DNA of 30,018 nucleotides, taken from a virus (taxonomy: Duplodnaviria > Caudoviricetes). Location: IMG/VR virus record IMGVR_UViG_3300037584_001947, positions 1 through 30,018 of that record, one strand, 5' to 3'. Of this stretch, positions 17,001-23,845 are shown in pieces (positions within the stretch are counted from its first letter, which is position 1; every line of letters starts with the position of its first letter). A program made the position numbers and the translations under genes. The notes below the pieces were generated by a model, which saw only the letters and a program-made list of their open reading frames with translations, was not told the origin of the DNA and did no database searches.

Positions 17001-19565
17001 AATTACGGAGGACCTCAGATAGGTGGAGCTTTTAACGTAAGACACACTAGCTCAGGAGATCTTCTTGGAAACGACGACTGGGGTATTGGAAAAGGTGATT
17101 TTGCTTATGATTTTTGGCATAGATATTTTACAAGTAGTGGTAGAGCAAACATATTTATAGATGATGCTTGGGCTTTAACGTGGAGACAAACTCCACATAC
17201 ATTAACCAACGTTACTGCTGAAGATCCTAACGACTCTAGCCCTTATCATAACGCGCCAAATCATAACGGTGATTTTAATGCTGGTATGCCTAACTTAACA
17301 GAGCAAGCAAGATGGGACGATGGTAATGGGTTTGCTAAAAATGGATCTAGAGGTATAAGAGGTAATTTAATGGACATATCTGTTACAGGTGGTTTTCATG
17401 GGCGGTTTAATGGAGACAAATGGGAAGGAGATGAGTTTGATTTAGCTAATCCAGCGGCTATGCAATTTTTAAATCCATACATATTACATGACGGAGATAA
17501 TAAAGATGAATATAATTTTTTAAGATCTTTAACTTTGCCTGGAATAAAATGGAGATTCAAAGAAGATCCAGACAAAACTATATATGAAGTTACAAAAGCA
17601 TATAAACACTATGGTATTATAAACTATCAGCTAGCAAACTCTGACCTTGGAATTGGAGCAGCAAATCCTATTGAAGTTGCTTGGTATCTTAATAACATAG
17701 CTGCTGCAAACGCAGATGTTCTTTTTGGTGGAGATGGTTTTAATATAAGGCCTGGTATTGCAATTGGCTCACCTCTATCGCGATACCAGATAGAATCTAA
17801 TAAAAGAAATAAATTTACAATTGCGGTTGACAAACCTTTTGCTTGGGATCCTAGATCTACAATAGCTCACGATGGTACAGAGACAGTAACTATACAAATA
17901 TTAGGTAGATACGGAAACGAAGATATTGGTTTTTCTTCTGATAATCCAGCGGTATGGGAAACTAAACCTAAAGAAGAAATAGAGTTAGATATATACTATG
18001 AAGTTAGTAGAGCTTATCCTATAGAAATAGAATCAAATAATGAAGAAACTGTTTTGATTCCAGGCTATGCAGACTTAGTATCTGTTGCTGGTAATTTAGA
18101 GCCTAATTTTAATAGAGTTAATAGTTTAAGGTATTTTTCAGGTTCAGAAAACGCTAGTATTTCTCTCACTAATCCTATTACTGCAAACGTAGGTGCTGAG
18201 CTATTGATTAACGATGGATATGGTGGGCAGATAACTTTAGTTGTAGCTCAATTAGTTAACAATAGTACGCGTGTAAATGTTAATAGAAGGTTTCACTCTG
18301 CTTTTACAGAGATAACCTTACCTTGGCATAACTGCTATGTGTTTGGAAACGGTGTAGAGTCTGATAGAATAAGAGATGATTTTAATCAACCAACTATACA
18401 AAACGGTGTAAAAGCTTCTACAACAATAGCAGAACAATACAAAGAAGAAAGAAGATCGCAAAGCTTTATATTTTCTGGTATATTCAACAGCTTGTCAGGT
18501 GTTAATAGATTAAATCAATTTATACAAGCAGAGCCTATAACTAAAGATCTTGACCCTGATAACGGTAGTATACAAAAGTTATTTACTAGAGATACTGACA
18601 TAATAACGTTTTGTGAAGACAAAGTGTTGAAAGTTTTGTCTGATAAAGATGCTTTATTTGAGTCAGGTGGTAATGCTCAGCTAACCGCTGCAAATAAAGT
18701 TTTAGGTCAAGCTATTGCTTTTGGAGGTGACTATGGAATATCTAAAAATCCCGAAAGTTTTGCCGCAGATAAATATCGATGTTACTTTACAGATACTCAA
18801 AGAGGCGCTGTAATAAGATTATCTAAAGACGGTATGACACCAATATCAGATTATGGTATGAAAGATTATTTTACAGACACGTTTAATAATATAAGAGATA
18901 TTAGATTAATTGGAACTTTTGATCAAAGAAAAGATAATTATAACTTAACAATATCAAGCAAGGGTCGAAGAGCTAGTTTTTTAAAAGCAATAGAGCCAAC
19001 GACTATAACTTACAATGAGCAAGTCAAAGGCTGGGTAAGTTTTAAAAGCTTTCACCCTGAGTCTGGAGTTGGTGTAAACAATGATTACTACACTTTTAAA
19101 AACGGATCTCTATGGAAGCATCACACTAATGCTAATAGAAACGATTTTTATAGCGAAGGATTTGTACCGTCGCATGTAGAAATATTATTTAACGATGCTC
19201 CTAGCTCTGTTAAAAACTTTCAAACTATAAAATACGAAGGCACTCAAGCTAAAGTAGATAGAGACACGAGTGATGATCAATACTATAACTTGTCAACTAA
19301 ACGAGGTTGGTACGTTGACTTTGCGTTTACAGATCTTCAAGACGGCAAAGTTCCTGAGTTCATAGATAAAGAAGGTAAATGGTTTAACTTTATAAAAGGA
19401 GCGTGCACTGACTTTAATAACTTAGACGAAAAAGAGTTTACAGTACAAGGCATTGGGCAAGCAGAGAGCATACAGCACAGTAGTCCGGGCGAGCTAGCTC
19501 CAGTTTCTAAAAGAGTTATATTTAGAGACTCAAACTTTAGCGTAACAGGAGAAAATTGGGATTAA
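14013..19565 (+). CDS. tail stabilisation / nozzle (muzzle-like) protein
   Basis: N-terminal 'F..GKMNKDLDERLIPNGQYRDAMN' and C-terminal propeller-like 'YGISKNPESFA...YFTDTQRGAVIRLS.DG' are typical of P22 gp10 / crAss-like stabilisation proteins. 1850 aa, beta-rich. Confidence 0.7.
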   Translation: MPEFNRNFAQGKMNKDLDERLIPNGQYRDAMNVQVSTSDGSNVGSLENILGNGQLSTNLIPEGGYCVGSIVDNEVNCIYYLVAGNEFIHSSGNRIAKNYIVKYSIDDNNLTFVFVDIYKVTTQVTGFVAEEEILFGEIPFIQVSSSYGLRKGMVFDNDNIITRAFDDNKLITSNQDVPVGTYTFEKESVLGFNSETNITAINIVEDLLMYTDNINEPKTINIKRSILGTGSGDDVLNSSGANNSSDFHTRLVSRRTDGSFNDEGFEVVTNFNILEAGVPVYSELENNTTIRKGPLAPPTLRMSSSTVERELRVDSPFNPVESPFFIISGGQATQVPSGSGFTLQTDEPVSYFVGDFILITQDLTQPPTSFTDHDVRVRVDAVNSNTNFDVTILAIADDLDTSTGFLTILEQPDPLFEFKFPRFSYRYKYVDGQYSAFAPFSEVAFLPGPYEYYPKEGYNLGMANRVRSLRVENYAPFPDHRPKDIVEIDVLYKEEGSTTVYTVKTIKPSDGSPLWPLSTALGGYSVSAGSAINDGLVFRGSLNIESELIHAVVPANQLLRPWDNVPRKALAQEVSANRLIYANYVQNYDLVDSSNKLLTPELKVGLVSKSYGDPGISPNIGVPFKSIKTQRTYQLGVVYKDEFGRETPVLADKEKGSFTVGKEFCDNLNSLKVSVLNSAPTWAKSFKFFIKETSNEYYNLAMDRWYNAEDGNIWLSFPSSDRNKVDEETFLELKKAHDSDVVVEQPARYKILAISNEAPEFIKLQRKSLGTLLNSSHDGVDDNQIGSAAIGYPISGENLIHIRRNAFEENFDPDVVLPIASDCSVKIRTITGEFSKYYDIVSIKKDNIFGQDDDGYKITISDTFDPDVNNVTGGSFTPATNRLGLQIEIVQNEIENKPEFEGKFFAKIYKDQIIEDFIMILDDERNLVVVDAYETSYLHTYNGDDSNPYSGVNLGPHTNNSAAGVAINVRNQWRDSQATEGHQNPYKTSYTWGDNANYGGPQIGGAFNVRHTSSGDLLGNDDWGIGKGDFAYDFWHRYFTSSGRANIFIDDAWALTWRQTPHTLTNVTAEDPNDSSPYHNAPNHNGDFNAGMPNLTEQARWDDGNGFAKNGSRGIRGNLMDISVTGGFHGRFNGDKWEGDEFDLANPAAMQFLNPYILHDGDNKDEYNFLRSLTLPGIKWRFKEDPDKTIYEVTKAYKHYGIINYQLANSDLGIGAANPIEVAWYLNNIAAANADVLFGGDGFNIRPGIAIGSPLSRYQIESNKRNKFTIAVDKPFAWDPRSTIAHDGTETVTIQILGRYGNEDIGFSSDNPAVWETKPKEEIELDIYYEVSRAYPIEIESNNEETVLIPGYADLVSVAGNLEPNFNRVNSLRYFSGSENASISLTNPITANVGAELLINDGYGGQITLVVAQLVNNSTRVNVNRRFHSAFTEITLPWHNCYVFGNGVESDRIRDDFNQPTIQNGVKASTTIAEQYKEERRSQSFIFSGIFNSLSGVNRLNQFIQAEPITKDLDPDNGSIQKLFTRDTDIITFCEDKVLKVLSDKDALFESGGNAQLTAANKVLGQAIAFGGDYGISKNPESFAADKYRCYFTDTQRGAVIRLSKDGMTPISDYGMKDYFTDTFNNIRDIRLIGTFDQRKDNYNLTISSKGRRASFLKAIEPTTITYNEQVKGWVSFKSFHPESGVGVNNDYYTFKNGSLWKHHTNANRNDFYSEGFVPSHVEILFNDAPSSVKNFQTIKYEGTQAKVDRDTSDDQYYNLSTKRGWYVDFAFTDLQDGKVPEFIDKEGKWFNFIKGACTDFNNLDEKEFTVQGIGQAESIQHSSPGELAPVSKRVIFRDSNFSVTGENWD

Positions 19566-19566
19566 T

Positions 19567-20832
19567 ATGGCAATAAATTATACAGTAAGCGACTTTGAAG
19601 TAAATAGTTTTGTTGGGCAAGTTACACCGGCTGGCGTAGCTAATCTAACTATAACGCCTATTGGAGACGAAGAAATATTTGCTGAAGAGTTTTTTATAGG
19701 CGGAGCTGCAGTAGCGGCAAATGTTAATGGACCTTTTTTTGTTGGAGGTAATGTTTCACCTGAAGTAACTCAAGTTGCTTTTACTGACAATGGAGACGGA
19801 ACTGTAAATGTTGCTATAAGCTACAATGCTTTTCTTGTTCAAGCTAATAGCGCAGTTCATATTGATATAGACAGAAAAGCACTATCGCCTGTTCCTCCAC
19901 CGCAAGAGTTCGAAGGCTGTACAAATCCAGAGGCAATTAACTACGATCCTTTGGCTACATCAGATGATGGCTCTTGTCAGTTTGTTATACGCCATGACAA
20001 TCCTAATCCTGTTGGGCATGGAGATGCTGTTGTTACTTCTTTTAAAGTAGACACTCCTAATTTAAGAACTCCTAATGCTCAATTTGTAACAGTATCAAAT
20101 ACTAAAGAAGCTTCTTACAAAGTAGTTCTTTATAACAAAACAACAGGAGAGTATTATAACTTTAACGACGACAACGAATTATACGGTGGATTTACAAAGA
20201 ACAGAAGCAATGTAGATCATATTGAAACGTTAGCTCCTGCTGGCGCTAGAAAACTTTTGGTACAATATCCTGGTATATCTGCTAACGCAGTTTACAAAGT
20301 TTATGTTGAGCCTATAGGTGATACTAAGCTAGCTAAAGATGTACCTAGCAAATCAAGTCCGTTTGAGTTTACACAAAGAATAGACACTACAATTAGTTTA
20401 AATTTAACAACAGCAAATACTTCTAACTGGACTATTGGATCAGCTGCCACTATAGTAGACAGGCCTGGCAAACAGCGCGCTAGAGCAGTTAAGAAAACTT
20501 TTCCAGAAGTAGATATGAAGTTTGTTGATGGTAAGCCTGGTTATAAACAGTTTTCTTTAACAGCAACTTTTGGGTCCGCTGGAGGTAAAAGCTCAGCTGC
20601 TTTAGTGTCTAATAGAAAACCTCAATCAAGCGATATGTCAACTCCAGAAAGCCTAGAAAGTCTTGAAAAGTCTGATTCTAGCGCTATAGTTAATGAAGTT
20701 AGAATTGAAGGCACCGACGTTAGTTATGCTACAGATACTTTAACTATAACAGGACTTTTAATCGTAGACAGGTTTGGTACAAAGAGCGAAACAATAACAA
20801 TAGATATAGATAACATAGTAACACTATCATAA
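19567..20832 (+). CDS. beta-rich tail-associated protein
   Basis: 421 aa, Thr/Val/Ser-rich Ig-like strands. Contains a GCTNPEAINYDPLATSDDGSC mini-module. Confidence 0.55.
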   Translation: MAINYTVSDFEVNSFVGQVTPAGVANLTITPIGDEEIFAEEFFIGGAAVAANVNGPFFVGGNVSPEVTQVAFTDNGDGTVNVAISYNAFLVQANSAVHIDIDRKALSPVPPPQEFEGCTNPEAINYDPLATSDDGSCQFVIRHDNPNPVGHGDAVVTSFKVDTPNLRTPNAQFVTVSNTKEASYKVVLYNKTTGEYYNFNDDNELYGGFTKNRSNVDHIETLAPAGARKLLVQYPGISANAVYKVYVEPIGDTKLAKDVPSKSSPFEFTQRIDTTISLNLTTANTSNWTIGSAATIVDRPGKQRARAVKKTFPEVDMKFVDGKPGYKQFSLTATFGSAGGKSSAALVSNRKPQSSDMSTPESLESLEKSDSSAIVNEVRIEGTDVSYATDTLTITGLLIVDRFGTKSETITIDIDNIVTLS

Positions 20833-20833
20833 T

Positions 20834-21223
20834 ATGCCTCCTCCATTTACACTAATAATAAATTTTAATTGCGCTATACAAGACTCTGTTTCTGTAGGCG
20901 ATATAGCATACGGCGTAGTAGCTGTACCTAACTCAAGCTTCAATGTTAACCAGCAAAATATAACTAAGCTAGGTGAAATAATTGGAGTAAATAGAGGTAG
21001 TAGCAATGGTAGCATTACAATACAAACTGACTTGTATATTAATGAAATACCAGAACCTAAGCCTGATGGAGATGAGTTTTTATTTGTATTGTTTAGTAAA
21101 GACAACTGTCAAGAGTACGGCTCTATGTTAGGTTATTTTGGATCATTTAAGTTTAAAAATAACTCAGATGAATTTGCAGAACTATTCAATGTAACTGTCG
21201 ACGCTTTTGAAAGCAGCAAATAA
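20834..21223 (+). CDS. small tail-associated protein
   Basis: 129-aa beta-rich ORF ('SVSVGDIAY', 'SMLGYFGSFKFKNNS..AELF.V...FESSK') at the end of the tail block. Confidence 0.55.
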   Translation: MPPPFTLIINFNCAIQDSVSVGDIAYGVVAVPNSSFNVNQQNITKLGEIIGVNRGSSNGSITIQTDLYINEIPEPKPDGDEFLFVLFSKDNCQEYGSMLGYFGSFKFKNNSDEFAELFNVTVDAFESSK

Positions 21224-21253
21224 GTGTAATAGTAAAATTGTAAATTTAATTAA

Positions 21254-21871
21254 ATGAAACACATAAGTGATCAAGCTATAAATAATCCTTTGTCTAAAGA
21301 AGATTTAAGAAAACAATTTATAGAGCAAACAGAAAAATTAGGTCTAAAGCATACTTTTACTTTTGACGAAGCTTGGGAAATAGCTCAAGAGATTAGAAAA
21401 AAACAAGAGTATAGACAAAAAATAACAGAGCTGCACGAGCAGCTTGAGAATGAAGGTGGTATAGTTGGTAAAGAATTATATAAGCTTAATCCAACAAAAC
21501 ATACGTTCGCTGGTGGTTGTTATATTAGAGAAATATATAATCCTGCTAACATGCTACTAGTAACTAAAATACACAAAGTTGACCACCCGTACTTTTTAAT
21601 GAGTGGCAAAATGTCTATATTAACCGAAGACGGTGTTATAGAAGTTGAAGCTCCTCATCATGGAGTTACTAAAGCTGGTACTAAACGAGTTATATACACT
21701 CACGATCCATGCAGGTTTGTAACAGTACATGCTACAAGCAAGACAACTCCTGAAGAAGTAGAAGAAGAAGTAATAGCAAAAAGCTTTAATGATGAAGCTA
21801 TTTGTTTAGACGAAATACAAAGCTTAACTGAAAAGTTAGGCTTAAATGTTGAATTAACTAAAGAAAAATAA
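21254..21871 (+). CDS. cupin-fold protein
   Basis: 'KHTFAGGCYIREIYNPA..LVTKIHKVDHPYFLMSGKMSI' and 'EAP...TKAGTKRVIYTH..CRFVTVH' correspond to the two cupin motifs. Confidence 0.7.
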   Translation: MKHISDQAINNPLSKEDLRKQFIEQTEKLGLKHTFTFDEAWEIAQEIRKKQEYRQKITELHEQLENEGGIVGKELYKLNPTKHTFAGGCYIREIYNPANMLLVTKIHKVDHPYFLMSGKMSILTEDGVIEVEAPHHGVTKAGTKRVIYTHDPCRFVTVHATSKTTPEEVEEEVIAKSFNDEAICLDEIQSLTEKLGLNVELTKEK

Positions 21872-21872
21872 T

Positions 21873-22640
21873 ATGTCATTTGTAGCAGTAGGTTTAGCTC
21901 TAGGGGCTGCCGGTGGTATTGCAAAAACAATAGCTGGCGGTGTTCAGAAGAAAAAAGCTAAAGCAGCAGCAGCCGCAGCAGCGGCAGAGCTTGCGGCTCA
22001 AAAAGAAGCGTTTGCAGCTTTAGATACTTCTAATCCATATAAAAATATGGAAAACACTATGGAAGATCTTACAGTAAACCAACAAGAAGCTCAATTTATA
22101 GCTGAGCAACAACAACAATCACAAGCAAATATTTTACAAGACTTACGTGGTGCGGCTGGTGGATCTGGCGTTGCGGCGCTAGCTCAAACACTAGCTAATC
22201 AAGGAACTAAAAATGCAAGACAAGCAGCCGTGTCTATAGGTAAGCAAGAGCAAGCTAATCAACTAGCTGAAAGAAAAGAAGCTTCTAGACTTCAAGGTTT
22301 ACAAAGAGAAGGTGATATTATGTCTAGACAAATGGAAGCTGATAAAACAAAAACGTTAATGGGTATGGCTGCAGATGATTATGCTAATAAACAAGAAGCT
22401 GTAGCTCAAGCTAATCAACAGATGATGCAAGGTATAAGCGACATAGCAGGCGTTGGTATGAAAATGGCTACTGGTGGTGTTGGTGGTGATGGTATGCCTG
22501 GTATGCCTGGTGGTGTTGGTGGTGGTAATAAAACTACTACTATTAATAATAGACCTGACATAGTACAGTTTGACCAAGACGGCGAAGTAGTTTATGATCC
22601 TAATTACTTGTACACGCCTGATCCAAATACCGGTTATTAA
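21873..22640 (+). CDS. internal virion / DNA ejection (pilot-like) protein
   Basis: Gly/Ala-rich hydrophobic N-terminus (MSFVAVGLALGAAGGIAK), Ala/Gln-rich coiled coils and a Gly-rich C-terminal part. First of three genes of increasing size after the tail block. Confidence 0.65.
   Translation: MSFVAVGLALGAAGGIAKTIAGGVQKKKAKAAAAAAAAELAAQKEAFAALDTSNPYKNMENTMEDLTVNQQEAQFIAEQQQQSQANILQDLRGAAGGSGVAALAQTLANQGTKNARQAAVSIGKQEQANQLAERKEASRLQGLQREGDIMSRQMEADKTKTLMGMAADDYANKQEAVAQANQQMMQGISDIAGVGMKMATGGVGGDGMPGMPGGVGGGNKTTTINNRPDIVQFDQDGEVVYDPNYLYTPDPNTGY
22473..22523 (+). repeat. short coding repeats (GGTGGTGTTGGTGGT x2 flanking GGTATGCCT x2)
   Basis: Directly visible. Encodes GGVGGDGMPGMPGGVGG. Confidence 0.7.
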
Positions 22641-22652
22641 AATAAATAAAAC

Positions 22653-23834
22653 ATGGCAAAAAAAAGTAGTCCTAGTATAAATTTAGGTTTAGACTCCAGT
22701 CAATTAGACAGGCTTAATAGAGCTTCGCGAGCAGCGGCTGGTGTAGGCGAGTTTAAACAGACTAGTCTTGGCGCAACGCTAGGAGATGTAGCTGTAGAGT
22801 CTGGCGCTAAGCTCGTAGAAGACGCAGAATTAAAACAAAAAGAAGAAGCTCAAGAAAGAGAAGATCAAAGAAAAGCTTTAGAAGGTAAACTACAAGGAAA
22901 GTTAGACGAATTTTTAGCCGTAGGATCTAATCAAAACGAGTATGACTTTGGTCTTGATAAGATCATGGGTATTAGAGAGCAGATATTAAATTCCACCGAT
23001 GAGAAAGAGCGAAGTGGTTTAATAAGAGAGTTTAACGCTTATGTTGCAGAAATAAAAAATCAAACTAACCTTGATAAAACAAGCGCTAAAAACTTACAAG
23101 GTTTTAGCATGAATCCTAACGAAAATAAATCTATAATTAGTAGTGCTACAGATCAAAGAGCAGTAGGTTTTCTTGAAAAATTTTATGCTGGTGAAGCGCA
23201 AATAACGCAAGGTGAAGATGGTAAAAAAACATATAGAATAGAAGTACCATCGCAAAGTGGTGTAGGACCACCTGATGTTTTTGAAGGTACTAGAGATGAA
23301 TTAGAAGGCATGTTAATTCCTAAAGCTACAGAGTTTGATTTATCAATAGGTAAGTTAGCTAAAGCTGTACAGCAAAATGCTGCACAAGGAGGATTTTTTG
23401 ATGAGCAAGATATTAGAAGACAAATAAACAATAACTTAAATAGCAAAGACTATAAATCTTTATTTGCTGATAAGCTTGAAACTACCGGTAGAACAGTTAT
23501 AGATGATATATCTAAAGAGATAGATAATTTAACATATCAAGATTTATTAACTCCAGATCAACTAAAACAGTTTGACATAAAGCCTGATGAAGGTGAGGCT
23601 AACTGGTATGACAATATATCTGCAGATGATAAACAAAAACTTTTAAAAACAATACAAGAAGATTCTAATATAGGTCAATCTGTGTTGTCTAATTATTTCT
23701 TTAGATTTGTTTCGCAGCAAGATAAAAAGTACACTAAAGCTAGAAGAGAAACTTCTATAAGAACCGCTCAATTAAAAAAAGATATTTCAGATACTCAGGG
23801 CGCTGGATCACTAGATAATATTGGAACTACCTAA
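22653..23834 (+). CDS. putative internal virion / ejection protein 2
   Basis: 393-aa helical, charged protein between the pilot-like gene and the giant gene. Positional assignment. Confidence 0.55.
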   Translation: MAKKSSPSINLGLDSSQLDRLNRASRAAAGVGEFKQTSLGATLGDVAVESGAKLVEDAELKQKEEAQEREDQRKALEGKLQGKLDEFLAVGSNQNEYDFGLDKIMGIREQILNSTDEKERSGLIREFNAYVAEIKNQTNLDKTSAKNLQGFSMNPNENKSIISSATDQRAVGFLEKFYAGEAQITQGEDGKKTYRIEVPSQSGVGPPDVFEGTRDELEGMLIPKATEFDLSIGKLAKAVQQNAAQGGFFDEQDIRRQINNNLNSKDYKSLFADKLETTGRTVIDDISKEIDNLTYQDLLTPDQLKQFDIKPDEGEANWYDNISADDKQKLLKTIQEDSNIGQSVLSNYFFRFVSQQDKKYTKARRETSIRTAQLKKDISDTQGAGSLDNIGTT

Positions 23835-23845
23835 AAATTAATTTA

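Noticed and set aside
21221-21245. Possible promoter (TGTAAT / TAAAATTG) before the cupin gene
   Set aside because: Imperfect match to the Bacteroidota TAnnTTTG -7 element, and too few copies to define a phage motif.
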